A stretch of 61,575 nt of DNA, filler included, from Choristocarpus tenellus KU-1152 (taxonomy: Eukaryota > Protista > Phaeophyceae): the NCBI GenBank assembly GCA_964200185.2. It is 11 parts of 11 records of this genome, joined end to end, with 100 filler letters (N's around TTAATTAATTAA, not from the genome) between each part and the next. Parts side by side here need not be neighbours in the genome. Positions count along the whole stretch, not along the records: positions 47,015 to 54,694 come from CAXNAD020005768.1; positions 54,795 to 58,373 come from CAXNAD020019141.1; positions 58,474 to 61,575 come from CAXNAD020022309.1; 8 more parts are not named here. The stretch is one strand, 5' to 3'. Positions 50,511-61,575 of this stretch are shown here, one piece after another. The notes beneath the pieces were generated by a model, which saw only the letters and a list, made by a program, of their open reading frames with translations, was not told the DNA's origin and searched no databases. The position numbers were made by a program, and so were the translations under genes. Within the stretch, counting starts at the first letter, position 1. Every line of letters starts with the position of its first letter.

Positions 50511-53500
50511 ATAACACCACAATACGCTCTTTTTGGTCAGAGTATTTGAGTCTGGACCCTGGAGAGACTTCTGGGTTCAAGACTTGGGATCAATGTTTGA
50601 GAAGGGGCCTTCGTCCAAGGCTTCACAACAAACTTGAGCTTAGTTTTACGAGATTTCTAAGCCCCGTCAAATTCGGGTTGGTCGACTTTGCACTGGTGAT
50701 ACTCTCCAATCATGATAGTCCACCATCTTAAACTATACGAGAACTAGGCCTCGTCCAGAGAATTATAGCGTGGATCGTTCCCAGGCGCGAACGAAGTTTA
50801 CAAAAGTTACGTTTACCTCTGAACAGAGGAAGTATCATTGTGCATACTTCACTTATTTGGTGCAGGTTAGACTGGAGGTTCATGTTGACCCAGATTGATT
50901 TTGAGCAATGCGAAAAGAGAAATTAATATGCAAGGATCCGGCAACTTCGAAAAGGACGGAATGAGAACTACAGGAGTTTCAACGAACTTCAAGAGTCGAA
51001 CAAACACCTTCTGGACCAATAATACCAAAATAGATTATATAATGATAGTAGAAATGATATGGAGTGGTTCAACTTGGTGTGTTCCCCAACCTCATCGCAA
51101 AAAAGTAGTTGAGTATTATCTTAATCGGTACCTGTTGACTGAAAATTAGCACCAACTTTGTCTGTAATAACAATGTCATGTAGCAGTATGTGGAAAGTTA
51201 ACCAAAGGCCTGCTTCATGTCCAACATGTAAAGATAATCCTAATTCTGATGTGAACACTATATAGTACTCCACTTGTGAGAAAGAACTTAAACTTACATG
51301 TACTATTTATGTACCATTGTACTTAGTTATCCCTAACCCTATTGATGAACAAAAATGGTGAGAAATATCCCACAAACGCGACATAAAATATTTCAGCCTC
51401 AGATACGTTGAATTTCAGACATGCCCCCACGCATAATCTATCGTATTCAAGACAAGACCCACATCAATCGTTGCATTGTTGCCTTTGTACCTAAGTCCTT
51501 CCTTGGGTTGAGTGACCCACAGCTCAAAGTAAACAGCAGACGTACCCACGGTTATATATTGAGAATGCTGGCGAATATGCACAAAATCTTACCTTCTTAC
51601 AAATGCATGTAAAATACACTTTCTGATTCCTGGAAAAATGTCTGACACAACTGACAAAAATAAACACGGTCGAGTCGATCTTATCACTTCACAAAAGTGT
51701 AGGCAAATTGGAAAAAGAAAAATGCTAAAAGTACAAAACAGTCAAAAACTTGGATACCTCTCATTAACTTTTGGTTCTATCCGACTATTAAGGAAAGACC
51801 AAGAAGGGTGTGAATGATCATTAATTACAATAATTGTTCCACAAACACTAGGTTTTGGAATGGTCAAGCTTAGTCTATACTGATCACAAAAGGATGTGAT
51901 GTGACAATTAGGGTAATACTAAGTATTCTTCTGACAGAGGCAAAACATTAGCTACCTGTAAAATGGGTCCACGGACGACACAAATGAAATAGAGTTGTAG
52001 AAAGACAAAAGAACATGCAGGTACGAAGGAATTACCATTGCAATGCCATGTGTTGCGTAAAACAGCGTGAGGAATTTTACACTCCCATTTGAGATATCAC
52101 CATCGACTTAACTGAAGATAGAGCCAAGGTGGTAGTATTAAGCAGATGAAATCATCAAGTGACGCCTCAGAATCAGAGTGAAAACCAATGACCACACTCA
52201 CTGTTGGCCTCTCCCAAAATGGTGTACCGAGGAACGACAGGAATATACAAGACAAGCAAACACTGCCTTGTGAGCATTGCAAAACACAGAATTGAAATAA
52301 ATAAATAAAAACCTTTTAACTATTCTATTCGATAAGCATGCCTATATTCCACATTTTCTAAGTTCTCACTGTTGTATGCATCAGTGTATGCAATTCTGTG
52401 TGTTACGTCTCCAACCAAGTACTATCACACACTGCAATTGACCAATTGACCAGCACTCGCAGCAAGAATTCTGCTAATATAACTCTCACGGTTAAAAGGT
52501 TCGTTTGTAGTTCTTCTAACCCTAAGTTTATACTAGGAAACCTCGACAGGCGTGTATGTCCAGTTCCCAAATCTCTACAGAATATGGGATAAAACAGTGG
52601 TAACATGTTTTGATGTTGTGACCAATACAAATTCGGTCAGTAGTGGCCCAATTGTTGATCACTCACCTTCACAACATCAAGAATCGTTCCCACAGTTCAC
52701 AATATGTACTACTTCACAAGTAATTAAATCCAGAGTAAGACCGACCCACCTGCCAGGCCTATATGCTTCAACAACCGATGAAGTGGTACTTATTTATCAA
52801 GCAAAATTACACAAAACACACCCTGCAACAAGCCTAGCACTAGTAGATTGATCTAGAGGCAAACTGCAACATCAAATGCCACCTCTCTTCTGCCAAGTAT
52901 AAGAAGAGCACATGGGGGATTGAACGAGGGAGGGGTGATGTACACGAATAATCTTGCTAAAAAAATAATCCACAGAGATTCACAAGATTATCTGGATATT
53001 CACCCCATTATACCACGCCAGGCTTGGGCCTCATTATCGACACATCAAGGCCATATGAACACCAGTTTTCAACTTCCGAAACATCAGTGTCGTCTTGTTA
53101 GAGGAATTTAATACACCTTGATGCCAAACATATCCACAGAGATCGCTTCTCCTCCTACAAAGGCAAGTCACATGACAGTCAGCCTTTCACCTACTGCCCT
53201 CAACGAATGACAAACTCCTGCGCTTGGCCCACTATCGCGGTTCCCTGTAGCTCTTGTCTCTCAACCATACTCCCCAAGCCAAACATAAAAATGTCCGAGA
53301 TGAGAAGGCATGAATTAAAAAGAGAGGATGACCTGCAGGACTAAATCGACATGCTTGTGAATAAGGCAAACTAATCTCTACCAACTCATCGTACTGTTCA
53401 AAACGCTACAATATTTGGTTCAAATTGCAGATTCAACCCCCGTTATGGGAGGTAAGCCCTGGTCCTTCCGAAGTCGGTTTGCAACATGAAATGCTAGCTC

Positions 53501-53667
53501 CAATGACTGCTTTCCATTGAGTCTGTAGGATAAAAGTTTAGGGGTAAGGAATGCAAGTCAGTCAACATCATCACCTCAACCACTTGTAACTCTTAGTCGC
53601 GTCTACAGATAAAAAATAAAATTCTTAGATCTGGAATAGACTTGGTCATTTTCAGACGGAAGAAAAC

Positions 53668-53995
53668 CTCCTACACCAGAGTCTCTCACACACGTGAAAA
53701 GTAGGGTACTGTCAAAAAGGACTCCCACCTCCTCTAAGGTTAGAGACAAGTACAGACACAAAACCATAGTAGCACTGAACTTGGGTACTGCCGTAGAGTC
53801 TCCCCCTTCAGAACTATACACAAAACATTGTGATTTTGCACCCATATTAATTTGTGTCGATATTTGTGAGGGGAGAGAGTCTTGCTATGACACTCCCTAT
53901 TTTTATGTCATTTTGAGACAGTCTTTTTATTTTTATATTTTCTTAGTTCATAGGGAGGGCAAGCCTTTCTATGGCAGCACCATATTTTGTTTGTG
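53668..53995. repeat. Second copy of the modular repeat at 17365-18130
   Basis: 53668-53820 is colinear with 17365-17515; 53825-53985 is the reverse complement of ~17568-17718. Confidence 0.8.
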
Positions 53996-54432
53996 ACGGA
54001 ACATTTTTTTTTAAACAATGTTTTTACCATTCCTTTCTGATTCCCCAGTGAAAAAAAATCTGATGTGTGTGGTGATTCGAGGCACTTGAGATACTAAAGA
54101 TGCATAGTTCTACGTAAGCACTGACCTCAAATGTTGAGCTCGCAATTAACTCAACATAGATGCAGTACTATTCTCATCACCTAAAAAGAACAGGTCAACT
54201 CCAACTCTGTATCGATCAATTGAAGCCCTGCCTTGCCACAAAAAACACACTATCCTGTCTGAAATACTACCCCCACTACCCCACCCAAACTAGGAGGTTA
54301 TTAATTCAGCCAAACGAGCATCAAACCCCAGTAAAAACAAAAAAACTTGAGCTCTTTGCTGATATTTCAAGTCTCTGGCAGATAAATATGGAACAAGTCA
54401 AAGGACGCAGGAAATGATGTAACGGACGATCA

Positions 54433-54681
<249 letters not shown>

Positions 54682-55136
54682 CTAGGCTCAACACNNNNNN
54701 NNNNNNNNNNNNNNNNNNNNNNNNNNNNNNNNNNNNNNTTAATTAATTAANNNNNNNNNNNNNNNNNNNNNNNNNNNNNNNNNNNNNNNNNNNNTTTTTT
54801 TTAATTCGATTTCGGTTTTTGAGGTTTTTTGGGGTTTTGGGTTTGGTCTTTTTTTTTTTTTTTTTCCTCCCCCCCCCCCTCCCCCCCCCCTCTCTGTTGG
54901 CTGCGGACTTGGCCCTGCTGAGTTTTGACAGGGTTTGGATGGCATCAGCCAAATTATTGCATCTTTGTTTTGATGGTTTTCGGTTGGTAAAGATGTTCTG
55001 TGCCCTTAACCCTAACCCTAACCTTATTTGTTTCTTTTTTGGTGGCATCATGTATGTGTGTTTTGTGTATGTGTGTATGTATGTTTTGTGGATGTGTGTG
55101 TGTGTGTGTTGTGTGGATGTTATGTGTATGATGCAG

Positions 55137-55476
55137 GTTCTTCTGTGGACTCTTATCTTCCGGAGGGGATTGAGTTTTCCAAGGTGGTTGGAGTTGGTCT
55201 CAACATGGATGAAATGGAGGCGAACACAGCTCTTTCCGGTGGACGGATAGTGCAGAACCTTAACAAGAAGGTGAAGGGAATGTAGGTAGTTGAGTTGTGC
55301 TGCTAGTGCTCTTGTTCTAACAAACTCGACTACATGCATGCAAATGATCTTTTCCTCAACATCATTAATGTTATTATTATTATTATTGTTGATATTTTGT
55401 TGTGAGAGGATGGGGGGGGGGGGGGGGGGGGGGAAGGATGGTAAAGGGTTTTTTTNNNNNNNNNNTTATTTCTTTT

Positions 55477-55509
<33 letters not shown>

Positions 55510-55516
55510 TTGTTTG

Positions 55517-55555
<39 letters not shown>

Positions 55556-58255
55556 GGAATAGTATGATCAAGTGTTTTTTTAATGTGTTGTGTTGTTGAC
55601 TTCCACTTCTACCTTCCACTCTTTTGTTATTTTGTTATGGGGGTATACACCCTTTTTTGTGTGGTCTAGGCCATCACCATCCCTCCCTCGCAAGGCCCTC
55701 TCCCTGACATGGATACCCTCTGATAGATACAATTTCTTTCAGGTGGTGCATTGGTGGGTACATTCATTTTTCTAATCGTAGGCAAGATGTCTTTGATCAA
55801 AAAGACATCAAAAAGCCTGTGCAACGTTGAGAAAACTTTTTTTTTGTTGGTGTGATGTTGGGTGCATTAGTATGTGGGCTGCGTGCGAGGTGTTTAAACT
55901 GTCAAGGAATGGGACTGTTGTGGTCTGAGTATCAGGTGCTGTACCAGGTACTGTATCAGGTACTGCTGGTGAACCCTTGTGATTGTGGTACAGGTGTGGT
56001 TCCACTCTGTTTTTGTGACTGTGAAGTACAATGGTTAATACTGAAGTACCAGTATAAAAGTGTATCATAGAACTCAGGGACTTTTACCAGCATGGTACCA
56101 CTGAGAAAATCAGTACCAACTGAACTATTGCAGAAAATGTGGCACTTCTTTGTACTTCTCCATTCCACACCACCTACTAACTCCTCCCTAACACTTGGAA
56201 GTACACCTGTTGTTGTACCCTTTTTGTGCATGTTTGTTTTTCTTTTTACAGGGAGATCTTCCTTTTGAAGACAACTCCTTTGATGCAGTGTTGATGCCCA
56301 ACACTATTGAGTTCTTTCAAGACCCTCGTTACATCATGAGGGAGGTTTACCGAATCTTGAAGCCTGAGGGCCTGTGCATGATCCCCTTCACCAACAAGGG
56401 TGCCTACAGGGTGAGTCAAGGATATCTGTTACAAAAGATTGTTCGTTGGTGAGGACAATAGTACCAATAGTACAAGCACGGTTTGACTCTCCTCATTCAT
56501 ACTCTTTGGCAGGGGGGAGGGGGAGGGAGGGGGGGGGGGGGAGTTCAGGGTTTTACTGTGGGGCAGGGGGTGGTTGCGGTTGGTAAGTGAGTTAAGGAAA
56601 ACTGCATGAATGGGGGGGTTCAGTTAAGGAAAACTGCATGAATGAGGGTGTTCTACTAGTATGGAAGTTTATCAAATTTAGACTTTGCTTAAGATTGTGA
56701 GAGCTTTGTCAGAAGAGCCTTCAGTAGATTGGGTAGAAGAGTGGCGGAGGGGTACGTACAACGAACGGTAAGGTATGGACAGGTTTTGACAACAACCACT
56801 TTTGATATAAGAACCATCTGTTAGTTGACCACGGGTTTTGAACATGTCTTGATAGTGCTACGATCCTTGTGTACTAATTTCGATTTATAATCCTGGTTGC
56901 CAACACCAGACTTCTCAGGCACGTCTCTGATCTGAATCAATCAAATAAGGTGCTTCGCCTGAGCATGATATACAAGAGCCAACAAGTTTCTTCCTTTTTT
57001 GCGGTACAAGAAACGTTTTGATAATCGGGGATAACTTTTGATCATTTGTGGTAGTTAAAAAAAAAAAATCAGAATTGACTACAAATGTTCTCGGTAGATA
57101 CATGCTGTTGCCTTGGATGCTAAAAAAAGAAGTAAAAGTTTAATTATTTTTTTGTTCCCTGTTAGTATTGTACAGTGTTTTAATGAGTTGAATACTTTGT
57201 GTGATATCTTTCTTTTCATTTATTGTCTTAGTGAGGTCGAGTTACCTCATAACTTGAACTTGTGTGTCTGTGTGTGTGTAAAATCACCTCAAAGAATGTT
57301 TTTATGAGGTCAAGCCACCTGTGAATGGGGGTATTTATTTATTTATTTTATTTATTAATTTCTTGTTCTTGTTCAGGAATTTGAGAAGAAACAGATTAAG
57401 ATGTGGAAGACTATGGATGACGCTCAGCACATGTGGATCATTGGCTCCTTCTTCAAGTTCAGGTGTGGTGCATGATGTGTGGTGTCTGTGGGGATGTGGA
57501 TGGGGGAGGGGAGCGTGTGCGTGACTTGGAGCAGAAGAAAAAAATTGGAGTTGAAGGGGAAGGGCAAAGGGGGAGTATGGTATGGTATGGTATGGTATAG
57601 TATGGTATGGTATGGTATATTCCTCCAGGAGGAGTGGATGAAATAGAGGGAGTTGTTGTGATGATGAGAGACCTGTGCAGGGGTGGGGTATAGGCATGTG
57701 TTGACACTACAACGCCCTTCGAAGTGTGTTGGAAAGTTTCCTGCTATGTTTCTCCTTGTGTATGTTAATGCTAGAGGAGACTCAGTTGATGTAAGCCCCC
57801 AATCCTATGCCTTTAAAATCGATTTCGTTTTGTAGGTAATGGCCCACCACCCGAAGAAGTCAGCAGTTACCTTGAGTGCTCGATCTGTGTCAGTTGGAAA
57901 AGTGTGAGCCACTACCTCCTAATGTGGGTCATTTCTTTGTGACTATTGAACTCTTGACTCTTGACCTCTAGCCAGTTCTTTTCCTGTCTCTCTTTTTCAC
58001 CTCCCTTTCAACTTGATTCAATTTACTCACTTTACTCACTCCTCTAAAGCAAGACGTGTATGTACCTCATTGGCGTCATTGATCACACGAATGTATCCCG
58101 TCTGGCTTGTATCTACCTGTTCTGTTGGGTGCCCACCACTATGACACAGTGCTGATGCGGGGTGGGATGACCTCAAGGGGTATGACATGAGCCCTTCGGA
58201 AGTAAATCCTCTTGCCAAGATAACTGGCGGGAAGGGCTCAGTGTTCGTTGTGCAG
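55137..58255 (+). CDS. Class I SAM-dependent methyltransferase (Methyltransf_11-like); exons 55137-55270, 56252-56410, 57377-57462 and 58150-58255
   Basis: All junctions are GT-AG and in phase: SSVDSYLPEG..VVGVGLNMDEMEAN..VQNLNKK|GDLPFEDNSFDAV..REVYRILKPEG..AYR|EFEKKQIKMWKTMDDAQHMWIIGSFFKF|SADAGWDDLKGYDMSP..VFVVQ. Partial at both ends. Confidence 0.9.
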
Positions 58256-58510
58256 GTTAGTTTCAGTTAGCATCACATATGTGATGACTTGTGTTGGTGT
58301 TGGTGTTGGTGCATATTGCCTTATGCAGAAGGCATTTTGCATGGATAGAGGGGGTGGGGCTCAGTGTGTATTGNNNNNNNNNNNNNNNNNNNNNNNNNNN
58401 NNNNNNNNNNNNNNNNNTTAATTAATTAANNNNNNNNNNNNNNNNNNNNNNNNNNNNNNNNNNNNNNNNNNNNCCCCTTTCCCCCTCCCCCCCCCCCCCC
58501 GGAAACTCAC

Positions 58511-60710
58511 CTTCTTATTATTCTTACGATCTTTTTTGTCCATCTTGACCATAATTGCTCGTACTCTTTCAACAAACCTGACAGGACAAAATAGATGCAG
58601 AGAGAGAGAGAACTCTAGTGGTGTAAATCTTAGATTCAAGTTCACAATGTATAGACTAAGTCACCACTACAGAACAGTGAAGGACGTTTTTGGATGGATA
58701 GTTTCCAGCAGAGTTTTGCAACTCATGTTTGTTTGACTATTTTTTTTATTTCTCAAGTACAGTGAGATACAAGAGTTAGAGTTAGAGGTAGAGTTAGAGT
58801 TAGGGATTTTGCGATACCAGCAAGAAATGCTTCTAAAAAATGCCTACTGTATTTTCCTGGGTTAGGGTTAGGGATACAAAAAGCTGATTTTTTGTTTTGA
58901 AGTATGCTGGACATAGAAGGGGTCTTGTTCATACTAAAGACAAGAGTGGCTGCAAGTCTATCTCATACTGTCTTGTACTAAGTATATCTCATATAAATAT
59001 ATATTTTTTAAGCAGTAGTACCGTATATCGTGAACTTAAAAAAAATCTCTCACAGCATCAAACTAATATTGCCACAAATCAATGAATCAATCAATCAATG
59101 CATTAACAAAGCATGCCAAAAAGAAACACCTGCAAACACCAAATCCCACACCAGACACTGATTTGGAGGAAAGAGAGCATTCACAACACTTGAATCACAC
59201 ACACACACACAATACACAATACCTACATGCATACTAGGACATAATGAAGGACATACTACTATCCAAAGACTAAAGACAAGTAAGAGACCGACACGCATAC
59301 CTGGTACTAGGTAGAGTACCCTAACAAGGTATACCTTCCAGCATGAAAAAAAGGAAGGGCAATACTTGGGGTCTATAACGTATACCCCGGAATGACTACG
59401 AATGAATGATGATACCACAAGTCAGCATGGCCATAGTCCAAAAAAGATACTCTCCATTACCAGACACAAAAAGCTCCCAATACATTTCTAACTTCAAGAG
59501 TCACACCACATGACAGTCACCAAATCAAAAGCCAAAGTTCAACATCTCTCATACATCAACACACACATGCACACACAGAATACATTTCTTGAATAAAAAA
59601 AAATCACAATAAAAAAAAATACATTTCAGCCCATTGCCCCCTAATGTAATAAATATTAAGGTAATAAATAGTAAGTAGGATAGACAACCCCAAACTAGAC
59701 TATAGGCATTTCCCAAATCCATATATATACATATTTCTGATTTATCTTGTTTACCTAAGTTCCATGTTTAACTAATCATTATACCTGTATAGACATATAC
59801 CCCCATACACCGGAATTGGTATGTGTCCTAATTATTGTTCAAGCTATATATTTGGTGCGATTCCTGCATTTTCTAAGGCTTCCCTTAGAACTTCTAAAAC
59901 TATTTTAATCTATATCATGGATCCATAGAAGAACCTTCCACCGCTGAGATAAAAAAAAAAAGCTGAATCAAAAGCAGGTATACACACATCAATCAATACA
60001 CATCATCCTCAAGAATCACCTTGGTTGAAGCACAGCATCATCCTCAAGAATCAATACCGCATTAGGGTGTACCTCAGGAAGGAAGGGAGACAGCTCACCG
60101 GCCTTGTGCCTGTCTCAACGAGTCAAGTCAGTCCAACAGCAAAAGAAAAAGGGGAAAATAAAATAAAATGTTACGATACATACCTCCCAAAATACAAATA
60201 TATTAAATTAAAAAAAAAACTCGAATTGAATTGAATTGAGCTGGATAAATTAGAAAGAAAATTTTTTAGAATGGTGCACGCCTGCCTGGTAAGAGTTTAT
60301 CAATTAGAGTTAATCCTCGCTCTATACCTTGAATGTACTGTCTTTCCTCCTTCCAACCGGAAGGCTTCATCTCAACATCTCAAAAACAACAGTAACTACG
60401 AGGTAGGGTTAGGGTTAGGGTCAACTCCACATCGACCAATCATCAGTGGTCCCGTTCTCACAGCATTAGGGTTAGGGTTAGAATACATTGGAATACCGCG
60501 TCAGCTTGAGCTGGCATCTCTCTACCACACAAACAAAATTCTTGTTCTCTATTTTTATATTAAAAAATAAATAAAATAAAATAAAATAATAATAATATGA
60601 TGTCACAGAAATTAGAACTCGGAAAATATTGATGACATCATCGAATTTCAAACGCACACTTAGTTGATCCCATTCTCAAAAATCACAGTTCACAGTTCTA
60701 TATCAAGACA

Positions 60711-60753
<43 letters not shown>

Positions 60754-60883
60754 TTGTAATTATATAATAAATATAATTTTAAAAATCAACAAAAAGCCAA
60801 GANNNNNNNNNNAAAAAAAAAAAAAAAAAAAAAAAATAAAATAAAAAAATTAAAAAAAATAAAAATTAAAATTTTTTTTAAAA

Positions 60884-60919
<36 letters not shown>

Positions 60920-61084
60920 CTGTATCAAGATGAAGATGAAGATCAAAATCAAGTATAAGATCAAGACCAAGCCCAAGCCCTCATCCAATCTCACTTCCTC
61001 CACAAGGCAATGTGACTAGCAGCACAAGCGCGTTCTGTCTGACTCATGGCCATGGTCGCCTTCCTGGGACAGTCTGGATCATGC
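58511..61084 (-). CDS. GT25-like glycosyltransferase fragment; exons 61084-60995, 60109-60020 and 58577-58511
   Basis: Phase-2 joins give HDPDCPRKATMAMSQTERACAASHIALWRK|HKAGELSPFLPEVHPNAVLILEDDAVLQPR|FVERVRAIMVKMDKK. The E..C..SH..LW and ILEDD motifs are typical of GT25. Extra exons may lie in between. Confidence 0.75.
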
Positions 61085-61575
61085 CTGGCGCACACAGCAA
61101 GCAGGAAGGCGTGTTCCATTTAGAGCAGCAACAACAACAAAAAAAATGGTTGGGAGTGAATCGTGCGTCGTACTGTAGAGGTACAAAATAATAAAAAACA
61201 AGAGAACTGTGTGTGCCGGTTGTCAAATGATTCAAGACCCTCCCAAGACTTCAGCTAACACAAAAAACCACATACAAATAAAAAAATGGCGTGTGGGACG
61301 GGGGGGGACGATATGCTGCACACAATCAACCGCGAGTCTCAAGGTGGTCACCTCTTCCAACCGCCTTTACAATAGAACAAGGGGGCAGAGTTCAGGACCA
61401 TGGTCAAGAATAGAAATTTTGGGTCAGGTGTGTGTCTATGGGACTGTAGTAGGTCTCATTTACACATAAAGAAAGTTAATAAAAGTTGAAAAAGTTAATG
61501 ATTACCCTGGTCTTGGTAGAATGTGATAACAGTTCTTGCTTACTCTGACTGCACAACCCCTCCCCCCCCCCCCCC

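Noticed and set aside
60282-60368. Possible extra GT25 exon with a GC donor (DVEMKPSGW..KLLPGR)
   Set aside because: Its acceptor phase does not match the upstream exon, and the flanking exons join in phase without it. It cannot be excluded because of the N gap at ~60803.

Overview
This is eukaryotic DNA and not one continuous locus. It is 11 short contigs joined by an artificial 100-bp spacer (N44-TTAATTAATTAA-N44), so adjacency across spacers means nothing. Long GT-AG introns, interstitial (TTAGGG)n and a stramenopile-type myosin point to a stramenopile alga, possibly a brown alga (inference). Host genes appear only as exon fragments: a myosin motor (2 exons), a class II DAHP synthase (1 exon), a class I SAM methyltransferase (4 exons), a GT25-like glycosyltransferase (3 exons), a membrane-protein C-terminus resembling a glutamate-receptor M4 helix (2 exons) and a gene with a PHD-like finger. 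Most of the rest is transposon debris: two Ty3/Gypsy remnants, a CRE-clade LINE, two DD39D mariner transposase remnants (one with long TIRs), a small MITE and satellites. The two most notable features are (i) a ~257-bp TIR element with GAG...CTC termini and mostly 3-bp TSDs of no fixed sequence, present in 10 copies, and (ii) a ~62-bp retroposed unit matching only the stem-loop and tail of the CRE LINE 3' end. I found no CRISPR array, rRNA, tRNA or intact novel multi-gene system. Most ORF-track entries are spurious.
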